Below, one piece after another: positions 1 to 10,945 of a stretch of 64,000 bases of DNA. The position numbers were made by a program, and so were the translations under genes. The notes below the pieces were generated by a model. The model searched no databases. It worked only from the letters and a program-made list of their open reading frames with translations, and was not told the origin of the DNA. How positions within the stretch are numbered: the first letter of the stretch is position 1; the number at the start of each line of letters is the position of its first letter. Source of the DNA: a bacterium (lineage in GTDB: Bacteria > Hinthialibacterota > Hinthialibacteria > Hinthialibacterales > Hinthialibacteraceae); assembly GCA_963662285.2 (NCBI GenBank), contig CAXXMV010000008.1, positions 352,001-416,000 of the forward strand. The letters are read 5' to 3'.

Positions 1-1
1 C

Positions 2-1084
2 AGCTGCAAGACACGGGGAATAAACAGTAACTGGGACTTGGCTTATTTAGTAGTCGGCCTTTATATCGCCCCGTTATTTGCGCCATTTTCCATGTTCAAT
101 AGAGCGCTGTTTGCAGAATTGCCTCCTTCATATTCCACTGACGAAGAGAATAAAGAAGAAAAAGAAGCCTATGATTCAAACAAAAGTATGTTAAAAAATG
201 CATTCTCTCCTATTTGGGCGCGTCTACAAAACATGGCTTCGAACAATGAGTGGCACAACTACCTTCGCTTGAAAGACTTACATCTATGGAGCGAATGGTT
301 TCGCAACAGAAAATGCACTATCGCGCCTATCCATAACATAGCCATGCGTATTATGGATGATTTTCACCCTGATGTTTGCGGCATCAAACTTTTAGAAGAA
401 TTAAACAAATTAATTGATGATGATCCAGCAGGGCGCATCCCCATATTCGGACGAAAAACAGCTTTATGGGAAGAATGCCGCGACCTGTTTCAACAGTGGT
501 ATCTTGGCGAGGAACTTTATCAGGAGACTTATGGATCAACTTTCATTTTCAGACCCAAGCCGGGATTGATTCATAATGAAGAGCCTTTACATGGCCTAAC
601 CAAAACCCATGCCGCGTTATCAAATCTGCGTGACGCCGGTTTCAAACTTGGCGTCTGCACCGGACGCCCCCGGATGGAGATCATCACCCCGCTAGATGAA
701 TGGGGTATGTTGAAATACTTTGAAACAAACCGCATCGTAACTCACGACGACGTAGATCAAGCGGAAAAGGAACTATCACAAACCGGCGTCAAGCATAACC
801 TGGGCAAGCCGCATCCATTCTCCTTTATGCAATCAATCAGACCGGGACAAAGCGTGGAAGATATCTACCAACAATGCGATGCGCCGCTGCCTGACCGCAA
901 TAAAATATTAATTGTAGGCGACGCTATGGCGGATATTTGGGCGGCCAAGAAGATTGATTGTCCCTGCGCAGCATTGTTATCAGGCGCACTGGGAGAATCA
1001 GCTCGAAAAGATTTTGAAGCAACCAAACCGGATATCATATGTAAAGACATTTTGGAATTGACGGAATTATTGATAAATCGTTGA
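2..1084 (+). CDS. HAD-superfamily hydrolase (5'-truncated by window edge)
   Basis: Frame is open from base 2 (SCKTRGINSNWDLAY...). HAD motifs: GVCTGRP (II), GKPHPF (III), IVGDAMADI (IV). Confidence 0.8.
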   Translation, partial: SCKTRGINSNWDLAYLVVGLYIAPLFAPFSMFNRALFAELPPSYSTDEENKEEKEAYDSNKSMLKNAFSPIWARLQNMASNNEWHNYLRLKDLHLWSEWFRNRKCTIAPIHNIAMRIMDDFHPDVCGIKLLEELNKLIDDDPAGRIPIFGRKTALWEECRDLFQQWYLGEELYQETYGSTFIFRPKPGLIHNEEPLHGLTKTHAALSNLRDAGFKLGVCTGRPRMEIITPLDEWGMLKYFETNRIVTHDDVDQAEKELSQTGVKHNLGKPHPFSFMQSIRPGQSVEDIYQQCDAPLPDRNKILIVGDAMADIWAAKKIDCPCAALLSGALGESARKDFEATKPDIICKDILELTELLINR

Positions 1085-1131
1085 CATTATCAGGAATCAC
1101 TGACTGATTTCATTGGAATATGCAGGTAGTC

Positions 1132-1887
1132 CTAATGTCCAACGAGGATGCGGTCGGCAAGTTTACCCGGTAGTTTCGCCTGTCGAATATAATCAGACTC
1201 GGCTTTTTTATTATAATTATAACGATAAAAGGTCACGCTAAGATCATCATCATCAAAAACAATGAATGAAGCCTTGGGATCTTCATCGCGAGGCTGACCG
1301 ATGCTGCCTGGATTAATCATATAACGGGCTGATTGATCAAGATAAAAGGTGTGATTGCTCTTTTTGATGATTTTGCAATTGATATCATCACCATTTTTAC
1401 GACCAGGATATTGAGTAAAAACCGCAGGTACATGAGTATGCCCGAAGAAACCGATGGGAGTAGGCATGGCATTCATGGAAACGCGGGCTTCATCATTAGT
1501 AGTAACATAGTGAAATTTTTCCGGTTCGGAAAAATCGGCGTGAGTTAACGAGACCAGTTGACCGATTTTTCGTGTGAAAGGCAACTCAACCAGCATTTTG
1601 CGATATGCTGGCAGGAGTATCTTGGCATGCCATTCGATTACATGTAAAGCATTTTCATTGAATTTGATTCGTTCTTCGGTGGAATAAATAGCATAATCAT
1701 GATTCCCCATAATAATGGGAATATCCCGTTCTATTAAAAGACGGATGCATTCATTTGGACGCGCAGCATAGCCGACGACATCTCCCAGGCAGATGCGCTT
1801 GAGGTTGGATGCCGAGTCGGTTTGGACCAGAAAGGTCTTCAACGCTTCGTAATTGCTATGGATATCACTAAAGACTGCATATTTCAT
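1132..1887 (-). CDS. Calcineurin-like metallophosphoesterase (YfcE/PPP-like family)
   Basis: Motifs SDIHSN, CLGDVVGY, GNHD, GHTH, NPGSIGQPRD. Confidence 0.9.
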   Translation of the reverse strand: MKYAVFSDIHSNYEALKTFLVQTDSASNLKRICLGDVVGYAARPNECIRLLIERDIPIIMGNHDYAIYSTEERIKFNENALHVIEWHAKILLPAYRKMLVELPFTRKIGQLVSLTHADFSEPEKFHYVTTNDEARVSMNAMPTPIGFFGHTHVPAVFTQYPGRKNGDDINCKIIKKSNHTFYLDQSARYMINPGSIGQPRDEDPKASFIVFDDDDLSVTFYRYNYNKKAESDYIRQAKLPGKLADRILVGH

Positions 1888-1895
1888 AGAATATA

Positions 1896-3716
1896 TTATC
1901 GACCGCGCAAACGTCGAGCTTGAATATCAAATTTCAAAGCTTTGATATCCTCCCCTTTTTCTTCCGCTCTAAGCGCAAAGCGCCATGCGTCATCATGAAA
2001 CATCATTGAGTTTAATAGGAAAGCTAATTTGCTATAAAAAAGGCCGTCTCCTTCACCAGTTGCAGCAGCCATCTTCCAATATTCTATAGCTTTACGAGGA
2101 TTATTTACCGAGAGATAAAGGCTTCCAAGGCGATATAATTGTCTATAAGAATTTGTTGAACAACGAGCGGCCTGTTCGGTCCATTCTTCTCCCTGATGCA
2201 TACGATTAGATTCAATACTGATTTCCGCTAATCGAAGAAAACTCTCTATATGATGCGGATCGAGTTGGATTACTCTTTCGAGGTACTCATACTGTTCCTG
2301 ATTTTTCCCCATCCTTTGATAAAGATTAGCCAAACGGAAATAAAATGGAACCTTATCCTCACATTTGTCTGTTGCTATTTTTAGCAGCGCTTCCGCCTTA
2401 TCAGCTTCACCACGTTTAAGTAAAAGAGCGATCAAGCCGTGATAAGCAGAAGACAATAGAGGATCAAGGCGTATGGCTTCACGATAATGAAGTTCGGCTT
2501 CATCGGTCAAAGTGAGCGCCTGGTATGCTTTTCCCATTGATTCATGAAGAGAAGCGTTTCTAGACATACCGGCCAATGCGGCTTTTAATTCAAGAAGCGC
2601 CCTTTGATACTCGCCCTCCATATAACTATATTGCCCCAGATGATTATAAATATCAGAATTATCGGGATCGAGTTTAATGGCCTTCATCAATTCTTCGCGT
2701 GCTCTTTTATATTGCATTAAAAGAGCAAATGATTCTGATCTATCTATATATTCATCTACGCTAATCTGTGAACCTATTTGATATGATTCAGGATAATGAT
2801 TGAATCGAAACTCGAATAACTCTACTAATTCCATGCGCACGTCGTCAAAAGAGTTATATCGGTTGTCAGGATTCTTTTCCAGACAGACCATGATCAATGA
2901 GTTCAAATCATCGGGGATAGTACGATGTATCTCCCTGGGTGATCTGGGCTGTTCACGCACCTGAGCCAATATGGTTTGTTCAACCGTATCCCGATGAAAA
3001 GGAAGACGCCTGGTAGTCATATAATAAAGTATACAACCCAGCGAATAGATATCAGAACGGGTGTCAAGCGTTTCACACTTACACTGCTCCGGTGAAGCAT
3101 AAGCAGGAGTTCCCTCCATACGTCGAGCCAATTCAATGGGATGATAGGGTAAATCAACGTCATACTGATATTTAGGGGACGAGAAATCATCAGACTCAAT
3201 ACTCAGAGTCATGCCGAAATCAGATATTTTAGGTATACCGTCCTGGCCAATCAATATATTCTCAGATTTCAGATCCCGGTGAACTAAAGGAGGTATTTTA
3301 CCAACGGCGTGAATCATTCCATCGCAAATATGTATGGCGATCTGTAATATGCGCTGTAATTCTATGGTTTGAGTGAATAAAAGGTCTTTTAAGGTTGAGC
3401 CTCTGGGATTATCAGCGACGACTCTTTCAAGAAAGAGATAGGGATGATCATCAATCAGTTTGAGATATTTAGCTTCGACGATATTCGGATGGCGCTCCAA
3501 TTGAATCCAGGTGGATGCTTCGTTGAGGAAACTGCGGCGATTCTTTTCTGAATATAGATACCGGTTATCAAAAGTTTTTATGGCGATAGGTTGGTTGTAT
3601 TTTCTATCCAGGCATAGATAGACGAATCCCATATTGCCGCGTTTGATGTCTTCTACAAGATATCTGCGCTCAATTATATCTCCTTTGACAAAAGGTTCCC
3701 TCTCAATTAAAGACAT
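1896..3716 (-). CDS. Hanks-type Ser/Thr protein kinase with C-terminal TPR repeats (cytoplasmic)
   Basis: GNMGFVY, AIK, HRDLKSEN, SDFG, GTPAYASPEQ, DIYSLG; multiple TPR-like helical repeats (AIKLDPDNSDIYNHLG, AIRLDP, VIQLDP); no TM segment seen. Confidence 0.92.
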   Translation of the reverse strand: MSLIEREPFVKGDIIERRYLVEDIKRGNMGFVYLCLDRKYNQPIAIKTFDNRYLYSEKNRRSFLNEASTWIQLERHPNIVEAKYLKLIDDHPYLFLERVVADNPRGSTLKDLLFTQTIELQRILQIAIHICDGMIHAVGKIPPLVHRDLKSENILIGQDGIPKISDFGMTLSIESDDFSSPKYQYDVDLPYHPIELARRMEGTPAYASPEQCKCETLDTRSDIYSLGCILYYMTTRRLPFHRDTVEQTILAQVREQPRSPREIHRTIPDDLNSLIMVCLEKNPDNRYNSFDDVRMELVELFEFRFNHYPESYQIGSQISVDEYIDRSESFALLMQYKRAREELMKAIKLDPDNSDIYNHLGQYSYMEGEYQRALLELKAALAGMSRNASLHESMGKAYQALTLTDEAELHYREAIRLDPLLSSAYHGLIALLLKRGEADKAEALLKIATDKCEDKVPFYFRLANLYQRMGKNQEQYEYLERVIQLDPHHIESFLRLAEISIESNRMHQGEEWTEQAARCSTNSYRQLYRLGSLYLSVNNPRKAIEYWKMAAATGEGDGLFYSKLAFLLNSMMFHDDAWRFALRAEEKGEDIKALKFDIQARRLRGR

Positions 3717-3847
3717 AATTTATATCACCCCATACAACCTGAAAAATCATATAAAACCCAGCAGTGTATAAATTACAGCAAGCCCCTCAATTAATTTATT
3801 GTAAACCATTCATGATAATTATCGAATGGTGAAATGCAGTGGAAAAC

Positions 3848-3876
3848 TTGACGAATATTTTTTTTCCTCTCATAGT
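3848..3876 (+). promoter_or_regulatory. Possible sigma70 promoter for xylA
   Basis: TTGACG-17 nt-CATAGT, about 35 nt before the ATG; AGGAG RBS at about 3898. Confidence 0.35.
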
Positions 3877-3911
3877 TATATAAGTATTTAAGAAGATAGG
3901 AGTTTTTAATT

Positions 3912-5225
3912 ATGACTGAATATTTTTCCGGAATCAAAAAAATTGAATTTGAAGGACCGGATTCAAAAAATCCACTGGCTTTCAAACATTATAACCCAAA
4001 AGAAGCCGTAATGGGTAAAACTATGGCGGATCACCTTCGTTTCGCCGTTTGCTACTGGCATACATTCAAAGGTCTAGGCGGCGATCCGTTCGGACCAGGA
4101 ACCATGATTCGCGAATACAACGATTCCGATGATCCAATGAAAGTGGCGGAAATGACTTTGGACGCTGCTTTTGAATTTTTCACTAAATTGGGCGTCCATT
4201 ACTGGTGCTTCCATGACCGCGATATCTCTCCCGAAGCCGATACGTTGCAAGAAACCAACAAACGCCTGGATCATATCGTGGCTCTTGCCAAAAAGAAACA
4301 AGAAGAGACCGGCCTCAAACTTCTGTGGGGAACCAGCAACATGTTCTCCCACCGCCGTTTCCTGGCGGGAGCGGGAACCAATCCGTCGCCCAAAATATTC
4401 GCCTACGCCGCCAGCCAGGTCAAAAAGGCCATGGAAGTCACCAAAGAACTGGGCGGTCAGGGTTATGTATTCTGGGGAGGCCGTGAAGGATATGACACTC
4501 TGCTTAATACCGATATGGGACGGGAACTCGATCATCTGGGACGGTTATTGCAGATGGCGGTTGATTATAAAAAAGAGATCGGCTTCGACGGTCAGTTCTA
4601 CATCGAACCCAAACCCAAAGAACCTACCAAGCACCAATACGACTTCGATTCGGGCAACTGTCATGCATTCCTGCAAAAATACGGCCTGGCCGACCATTTC
4701 AAGATGAATATCGAATCGAACCACGCCACTCTGGCCGGACATAGTTTCCATCACGAATTGGAATACTGCGCCGCCAACGGCATCCTGGGTTCAGTCGACG
4801 CCAACCGGGGCGACATGCTGCTGGGATGGGATACAGACCAGTTCCCTACCGATATCTACGAAACCACTATGGCCATGTACACCATAATCAGATCAGGTGG
4901 ATTCACTACTGGCGGCTTGAACTTTGACGCAAAAGTCCGCCGTCAGTCAATTGACGGCGCCGACCTGTTCCATGCCCACATCGGTTCAATGGACGCCTTC
5001 GCCCGTGGACTGAAAATCGCCGCGAAATTGATCGAAGATAAGGCTCTTGAGAACTTCGTCAATCAGCGTTACGCCGGTTGGGATGAAGAATTAGGCGCCA
5101 AGATCGAAAAAGGCGAATTAGGTTTTGCTGAACTTGAAGCATACACCCTGGAAAACGGAGAACCGGAAGTTCAGAGCGGTCGTCAGGAAATGATTGAGAA
5201 TGTGTTGAACAACTACATCTGCTAG
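3912..5225 (+). CDS. xylA: Xylose isomerase (class II)
   Basis: [52 protein letters not shown] motifs; 437 aa. Confidence 0.98.
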   Translation: MTEYFSGIKKIEFEGPDSKNPLAFKHYNPKEAVMGKTMADHLRFAVCYWHTFKGLGGDPFGPGTMIREYNDSDDPMKVAEMTLDAAFEFFTKLGVHYWCFHDRDISPEADTLQETNKRLDHIVALAKKKQEETGLKLLWGTSNMFSHRRFLAGAGTNPSPKIFAYAASQVKKAMEVTKELGGQGYVFWGGREGYDTLLNTDMGRELDHLGRLLQMAVDYKKEIGFDGQFYIEPKPKEPTKHQYDFDSGNCHAFLQKYGLADHFKMNIESNHATLAGHSFHHELEYCAANGILGSVDANRGDMLLGWDTDQFPTDIYETTMAMYTIIRSGGFTTGGLNFDAKVRRQSIDGADLFHAHIGSMDAFARGLKIAAKLIEDKALENFVNQRYAGWDEELGAKIEKGELGFAELEAYTLENGEPEVQSGRQEMIENVLNNYIC

Positions 5226-5233
5226 TTATTCCC

Positions 5234-5263
5234 GGTGGGTCGGAGAAACGTGACCCACCCTAC
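5234..5263 (-). repeat. GTAG-type REP-like palindrome
   Basis: Minus strand reads GTAGGGTGGGTCACG...GACCCACC; related copies at 11055, 46661, 60125. Confidence 0.7.
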
Positions 5264-5279
5264 ATGGATATTTAACACT

Positions 5280-5309
5280 ACGGGACGCGGGAAACTGCGT
5301 CCCGTTTTC
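5280..5309 (+). terminator. Rho-independent terminator after xylA
   Basis: ACGGGACGCGG-GAAA-CTGCGTCCCGT hairpin followed by TTTT. Confidence 0.7.
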
Positions 5310-5355
5310 TATATACATCGAGTTAAATGGAAATAATGAATACACAGAAGAAATC

Positions 5356-5553
5356 GGGTGGCAAGGGCAGTGTATTTTCTGCCCTTGATTTAGTTCACCT
5401 AATATATTTCCATAGTTTTTATCAACAATCCACGTTGAAAGCAGAATGAAATCCAATTTATAACTCTTGTAATTGGATTATAAAGAATCAAGGTTCATTT
5501 TCTTTTACCAAAGTTTTCAGTCAAGGGCAGAAAGGACGCTGCCCTTGGCACCC
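5356..5553. repeat. Inverted-doublet (REPIN/MITE-like) element with about 33-bp terminal inverted repeats
   Basis: Left end GGGTGGCAAGGGCAGTGTATTTTCTGCCCTTGA; right end TCAAGGGCAGAAAGGACGCTGCCCTTGGCACCC; interior homologous to the 42757 copy. Confidence 0.8.
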
Positions 5554-5577
5554 TCCCAGCATCACATTGGATTCCCA

Positions 5578-8460
5578 CTACCGATCCAACAACTCATTCA
5601 GTATACGATCATAAATTTCTCGTACCGCATGGGTGTGAGAATCGACCGACTTGAGGAAAGATTCTGAATCGATGTCGTCAATATCCAAATGCTGGGTATA
5701 TCGCCGTGTCAATTTATTTAATTCATGAGGAGAATCGGGCAGGACGTCAAGCGACGCATTGTCGACGATGCGCAGGCGGTTTTCCACATCGCGCAGAAAT
5801 TCATAGGATTTAATCAGCTGAGCAGAATCTTGATCTGAAAGCAGACCTTCCTTGGAAGCGGCGCGCAGGATGCCAAAGGTTGAGGTCAAGCGGATGGATG
5901 GATGCGCGTAACCATAGCATAACAATATTGCCTGGGCGATAAACTCCACATCGACTAATCCGCCGGGTCCGGCCTTGAGTTTCTCACGGCCTTTTTCCTT
6001 TTCAATCTTCTTGCGCATATCCAGAATGGATTGGATATCCTCTTTTGTTGGAGGAGATGTAAAGAGTATTTCCTCTTTGAGAGTTTCCAGGGCTAAGCGA
6101 ATTTCAGGATTACCACAGATATAACGCGCGCGGGATAGAGCCATTTTCTCCCAGAACTGCGCTTGCTTACGGTAGTATTCAGCGAAGGTTTCCATGCTGG
6201 AAGCCTGCGGTCCGCTGGCGCCATGAGGCCTGAGACGTAAATCTGGATGATAGAGAAAACCTAACGGGGCGTTATGCTCCAGATAGGTAGTCATTTTGGC
6301 CGCCCAACGCTGGAAATATTCTTCCGATGCGACGCCGCCCAGAGATGATGACTTGTTATAAACATAAACTACATCACAATCAGAGGCGACATTAAATTCG
6401 CGCCCGCCTAACTTGCCGAAACCCAGGATGGCTACCTCGTCGCCATGCTCAGCGGAAAAATCGTGATACCTTTTCTGCATCTGTTCACGAACCGGATCAA
6501 GGCTTTCATCCAACACGAAATCTGCAATCTGAGCTAGATTCATACCCATTTGCTCAACGTCATCCAGTCCCAGAATAAAACGGATGCCGCTGCGGAACAT
6601 AGCGGAATTCTGCACCCTTAAAAGATGATCGCGGTGAGATTCTTTTAAGTAGATTTTTTCAATAATTTGTAGATGATCTTCTAAAAGAATAGTAGTAACC
6701 ACTTCATCCAGGAAACCATCCCGTCCAATGGTCTCCATCAGAGAGGGATCGCGCATGATAAGACGGGTAAGGAAACTGCTGCAACTGATAACGGATATCA
6801 AAAGTTTAAGAAAAGACGGTTGATCGGATAACGTTTCATAAAGCGCAGAACGAGCCTTAAAACGGGATATAAGTTGTTCAAAATTTGCCAGAGCAAGATC
6901 GGGATCAGGGCATTCTTTTAAACAAAGCAGAAAACGCGGCAGGAAGGATTTGAACAACCGGGTGGTTTTAGTTTGCAAATGCAAGTCAGGCGATTTATTG
7001 AGATGCTTGATGAAAGAAAAAGCCCGTTTGGCGTCGTCAAATCCGTAGAACATCAATATATCATTTATTTCATCAGAGAATTTATCATCATCTATCAGAA
7101 AATCAAAATTATCCTGCCATTCGTCACGCTGGAAAACGCCGTTATATATGGTGCGAATATCTTTGCTGGTTTTATTATATTGTTCATATAATGCCTGCCA
7201 TGAATCAATCCCCATGCTCTGAGCCAAACGCTCACGTCCTTCAGAATCAGTAGGTAAATCATAAACCTGTTGATCAGCCACCATCTGCATACGGTGTTCG
7301 ATGCGGCGCAGAAAACGGTAAGCGGTTGAAAGAGTATTAAAATCTTTAGAGTGCAGCAGGTGACTTTCATACATGCGTTGCAGAGAGACCAAGGTTCCAG
7401 CCAGTTTAATCTCAGGATACTGGCCACCATAGAGCATCTGCACCGCCTGGACGAAGAACTCGATATCCCTTATGCCGCCGTATCCGTTTTTGAAATTGTT
7501 GGCTTGTTGATCCGAAGAACCGATATTATCGAGCGACCTCTCGCGCATAGCGTCGATGCCGCGCAATACTTCGGCGATTTCAATTTCATCAACATAGCGC
7601 CGGTAAGTGAAAGGAGTGATGATTCTGCTGAATTTTTCGCCTAATACCGGATCGCCCGCAACCGGTCTGGCTTTCAATAAGGCCTGCCGTTCCCAATTTT
7701 GGCCATAAGTCTGATAGTAGTGTTCTACCTTAAATAACGATACGGCTAAAGCCCCGCTGTCTCCTTCAGGACGTAGACGGTTATCAATCCGGTAGAGAAA
7801 ACCATTGGCAGTTGATTTACCCAGCAGATCGCAGATGCCCTGCGCCAATTGAGTGAAGAAAGTGAGATTCTCAACAGCTGGTTGAGTTGCTCCAGTGGTC
7901 ATTCCATCATGGTCGTAAACAAACATCAGATCAATGTCAGAACTGAAGTTCAGTTCACGCCCGCCATGTTTACCCATAGATACAACAACCATTTGCGATG
8001 TTTCGGAATCATCCTCATTACGCGGTTGACCATATTGAGTGATTAATTGATCCAGGATCAATTTGTAGACTACGTCAATCACTACATCGCCGAGATCGGA
8101 AAGTTCTTCAGTTATTTGCTGAATATCAGCCAGATCGCACAGGTCGCGCCAGGCGATTCGTACAATATGCTGACGGTGAAATTTCCGCAACGCCGATTCA
8201 GGATCATCTGCATTTTGCATTGATTCATGCAATTGCGTTCTGAGAGTCTCTTTATCAATGGATTTATCAAGAACATTATCTGGCAAAAGAGGCAGAATCA
8301 ATTCCGGTTTGCCGGAACAAATAGCAGCCAAGCGGGGCGAATATCGAGCCAGAACGTTTAACCGATCCTTGAGAAGATCAGATAAAGTTGCTGCATCGCA
8401 CCCGTTATGCTGCAACGCGCTGATTAAATTTTCCAAACCGGGAAAGGAGTCTGTAGACAT
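5578..8460 (-). CDS. glnE: Bifunctional glutamine-synthetase adenylyltransferase/deadenylase
   Basis: Two nucleotidyltransferase halves (MGKHGGRELNFSSDIDL and GKLGGREFNVASDCDV), RLRPEG, WERQALLKAR, GGIRDIEF; 960 aa. Confidence 0.96.
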   Translation of the reverse strand: MSTDSFPGLENLISALQHNGCDAATLSDLLKDRLNVLARYSPRLAAICSGKPELILPLLPDNVLDKSIDKETLRTQLHESMQNADDPESALRKFHRQHIVRIAWRDLCDLADIQQITEELSDLGDVVIDVVYKLILDQLITQYGQPRNEDDSETSQMVVVSMGKHGGRELNFSSDIDLMFVYDHDGMTTGATQPAVENLTFFTQLAQGICDLLGKSTANGFLYRIDNRLRPEGDSGALAVSLFKVEHYYQTYGQNWERQALLKARPVAGDPVLGEKFSRIITPFTYRRYVDEIEIAEVLRGIDAMRERSLDNIGSSDQQANNFKNGYGGIRDIEFFVQAVQMLYGGQYPEIKLAGTLVSLQRMYESHLLHSKDFNTLSTAYRFLRRIEHRMQMVADQQVYDLPTDSEGRERLAQSMGIDSWQALYEQYNKTSKDIRTIYNGVFQRDEWQDNFDFLIDDDKFSDEINDILMFYGFDDAKRAFSFIKHLNKSPDLHLQTKTTRLFKSFLPRFLLCLKECPDPDLALANFEQLISRFKARSALYETLSDQPSFLKLLISVISCSSFLTRLIMRDPSLMETIGRDGFLDEVVTTILLEDHLQIIEKIYLKESHRDHLLRVQNSAMFRSGIRFILGLDDVEQMGMNLAQIADFVLDESLDPVREQMQKRYHDFSAEHGDEVAILGFGKLGGREFNVASDCDVVYVYNKSSSLGGVASEEYFQRWAAKMTTYLEHNAPLGFLYHPDLRLRPHGASGPQASSMETFAEYYRKQAQFWEKMALSRARYICGNPEIRLALETLKEEILFTSPPTKEDIQSILDMRKKIEKEKGREKLKAGPGGLVDVEFIAQAILLCYGYAHPSIRLTSTFGILRAASKEGLLSDQDSAQLIKSYEFLRDVENRLRIVDNASLDVLPDSPHELNKLTRRYTQHLDIDDIDSESFLKSVDSHTHAVREIYDRILNELLDR

Positions 8461-8496
8461 AGTAGATTTGTTTGTTATAACAGTTTTTTAGAAATT

Positions 8497-8531
8497 CCCT
8501 CACCCTGGCTCTCTCCCCAAGGAAGATGGGA
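8497..8531 (-). repeat. CCCTCTCCC/GGGAGAGGG-TAGGGTGAGGG family palindromic repeat (degenerate)
   Basis: CCCTCACCCTGGCTCTCTCCCCAAGGAAGATGGGA; matches family copies elsewhere in the window. Confidence 0.6.
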
Positions 8532-8555
8532 CATTCTTGCTCTATGTTTATAATC

Positions 8556-8594
8556 GGGTGGCAAGGGCAAGACCGCAATGCGGTCAGCCCTTGA
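8556..8594 (+). repeat. GGGTG(G/C)CAAGGGCA family palindromic repeat
   Basis: GGGTGGCAAGGGCAAGACCGCAATGCGGTCAGCCCTTGA; near-identical copies at 32553, 34179, 49773. Confidence 0.85.
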
Positions 8595-8692
8595 TGCTAT
8601 CACTTACGATTTTGAGTATTACTCAGGATTTATATCGTCTTGCCATTGGCGCCAGGCTTTTATATATGGTGAGAGTTTTTTTGGATATTTCG

Positions 8693-8726
8693 CCCTCACC
8701 CTAGCCCTCTCCCGTGGGGAGAGGGA
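8693..8726 (-). repeat. CCCTCTCCC family palindromic repeat
   Basis: CCCTCACCCTAGCCCTCTCCCGTGGGGAGAGGGA, downstream of thiE. Confidence 0.8.
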
Positions 8727-8763
8727 ACCTTGTTTTACCATCTTATATGATTGTACAAAAGTA

Positions 8764-9822
8764 CTAAAGATAACTTTTAATCTTATCAGTAAAAGCCTGA
8801 GCGGCGGCGGTGATGTCATCCTGGCCGACTACAGCCGTAACAACTGCAATACGACGGGCGCCTTTTTGCAGCGGCTGATCAACATTATCTATTTTTATTC
8901 CACCCATAACCGTAAAGGGACAATCGACCTGGGAGGTAATCTCAGTTATTAAATCCGGCCCAACCGGCGCCGAGACGTTTTTTTTGGTCTGGGTAGCGAA
9001 AATCGGCCCGATATTGATATAACTGGCGCCTTCTTCGACGGCGATTTTGGCTTCATCCACTGAATGAGTCGATGAGCCGATGATAAAATTCGGACCGGCG
9101 ATGCGTCTCGCTTCAGCAATGGGAAAATCATCCTGCCCCAGATGAACGCCATCAGCCTCAACGGCCAGGGCGATGTCGAGATGATCATTCATGATGAAGG
9201 TGACTCCCCGTTCAGCGGTCAACTCGCGCAAACGGTAAGCCCAGACCAGCATTTCACGCTTGGACATATCCTTGTCGCGCAGTTGAATGCAGCCCGCCCC
9301 GCCATCCATCGCTTTTCGGGCTACTTCATCAAAATCACGTCCTTTGGAAAATTCACGTCCCAGTACGACGTAAAGATTAAAATCCAATTTCCGGGTATGC
9401 GACCACTTTTCCAATCCGGCGAATGTGGGCGGTTCAAGATCATAACAGCGATACCTCAGCTGAGAGAATTTCGTTACAGCTGAGGCGTCAACTGTGCGAA
9501 AGGTCTCTTCCAAGACGCGGAATGATTCCTGGGCGCGGTGAATATTGGATCGGGTCATATCAACCAGACTGGAATGAGGTTGAGCCTTAAATTCACGCCC
9601 GACATCACCTACGCTATCCCGGTATTCGAGTCCACGCTTTTGCAATCCGGGAATTGCGCCGATAATTTTCCACATATCACCGCGAATGTCACGCCACGAA
9701 TGAGCCAAAGCAGGATCATCCAAGACAAAACGGGCCACATCGCCCACCACGCGCAAGGCTTCGGCTGAACGATCCACATTGGCGTCGATCATGCGGTATA
9801 TGCCAGAATCAGTATTAGTCAT
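8764..9822 (-). CDS. thiE: Thiamine-phosphate synthase with N-terminal ThiD2-like extension
   Basis: N-terminal RMIDANVDRSAEALRV..RDSVGDVG; C-terminal IQLRDK, NDHLDIA, DGVHLGQDD, STHS, GPIFATQTK. Start placed at MTNTDS, 17 nt after the thiG stop. Confidence 0.93.
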   Translation of the reverse strand: MTNTDSGIYRMIDANVDRSAEALRVVGDVARFVLDDPALAHSWRDIRGDMWKIIGAIPGLQKRGLEYRDSVGDVGREFKAQPHSSLVDMTRSNIHRAQESFRVLEETFRTVDASAVTKFSQLRYRCYDLEPPTFAGLEKWSHTRKLDFNLYVVLGREFSKGRDFDEVARKAMDGGAGCIQLRDKDMSKREMLVWAYRLRELTAERGVTFIMNDHLDIALAVEADGVHLGQDDFPIAEARRIAGPNFIIGSSTHSVDEAKIAVEEGASYINIGPIFATQTKKNVSAPVGPDLITEITSQVDCPFTVMGGIKIDNVDQPLQKGARRIAVVTAVVGQDDITAAAQAFTDKIKSYL

Positions 9823-9838
9823 ATTTGAAAGAAATTCC

Positions 9839-10642
9839 TTAGAAATCCATTGGCGGACTGCTGGCGTTGGCATAGAGTTTGCGCTGGATTCGTCCGGCCA
9901 GATAGGCCTGACGTCCGGCGATAGCGGCGCATTTCATAGCCACTGCCATACGCACCGGGTCTTTGGCGCCTGCTATGCCCGTATTGAGAAGCACTGCTTC
10001 ACAGCCGATTTCAAAAGCTTTGCATACATCAGAAGCGGTTCCAACTCCGGCGTCAACAATAATGGGAACTTTAGCGCGTTCCAGAATAATGCGGATATTG
10101 TTGGGATTAAGAATTCCCTGCCCCGAACCGATGGGCGCTCCAGCCGGCATAACGCAGGTTGATCCTTCTTCTTCGAGTATCTTGGCCATGACCGGATCAT
10201 CGCTGGTATAGGTCATAACCGTGAAACCTTCATTAACCAATATTTTCAAGGCCTTCAAGGTCTCAACCGGATTGGGCAGCAACGTTTCGGGATCAGCCAG
10301 CACTTCCAGTTTAACCAGGCTTAAATTTGATATTTCCCGGCCCAGGCGGCAGACGCGAACCGCATCTTCGGCATTGAAACAACCCGCCGTATTGGGAAGG
10401 ATTACGTATTTCTTGGGATCGATATGATTGAGTAAATGATCGTCGGCGTCAAAATCCACCCGCCGTAAAGCCACGGTGACCATTTCCGTTTCCGAAGCTT
10501 CCAACGCCAGTTCGGTCTCTTCGAATGATTTGTATTTCCCCGTACCTACAATCAACCGCGAATTGAGAGTGATATCGCCCACTTTAAGCGGTTCGTCTTT
10601 GATGTACTGATCGAATTTGTTTTGTAAATCTGTTTTAGACAT
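9839..10642 (-). CDS. thiG: Thiazole synthase
   Basis: [44 protein letters not shown]. Confidence 0.97.
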   Translation of the reverse strand: MSKTDLQNKFDQYIKDEPLKVGDITLNSRLIVGTGKYKSFEETELALEASETEMVTVALRRVDFDADDHLLNHIDPKKYVILPNTAGCFNAEDAVRVCRLGREISNLSLVKLEVLADPETLLPNPVETLKALKILVNEGFTVMTYTSDDPVMAKILEEEGSTCVMPAGAPIGSGQGILNPNNIRIILERAKVPIIVDAGVGTASDVCKAFEIGCEAVLLNTGIAGAKDPVRMAVAMKCAAIAGRQAYLAGRIQRKLYANASSPPMDF

Positions 10643-10712
10643 TATTTCACCCCGTCATTTTTCTTTATATTACTTTCTGGTTTCACACCAGATTAGCTTA
10701 CAGAATTATTTA

Positions 10713-10913
10713 TCATCCACCGCCGACGAAACGCAATATTTCCAGTTCGTCTCCATCGCTTAGCTGATGCTCTTCAAATTTATCACGCTTGACAATTTCC
10801 CGGTTGACCTCGACCGCAACTTGCTGAGGATGGAGGTCAAGTTCTCTGAGAAGCTGGAAAATTGTGATTTTATCGCCAATTTTCTTGGTTTTTCCGTTTA
10901 ATGTTATGTTCAT
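10713..10913 (-). CDS. thiS: Sulfur carrier protein ThiS
   Basis: 66 aa, MNITLNG start, C-terminal FVGGG, upstream of thiG. Confidence 0.95.
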   Translation of the reverse strand: MNITLNGKTKKIGDKITIFQLLRELDLHPQQVAVEVNREIVKRDKFEEHQLSDGDELEILRFVGGG

Positions 10914-10945
10914 TTTAAACCTGTATTGTTTTTTTAACCGTGTAA

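Noticed and set aside
8578-8952. 124-aa plus-strand ORF and similar short ORFs at 5226, 5473, 10949, 42791
   Set aside because: They run through palindromic repeats or overlap real genes on the opposite strand; no coding signal.
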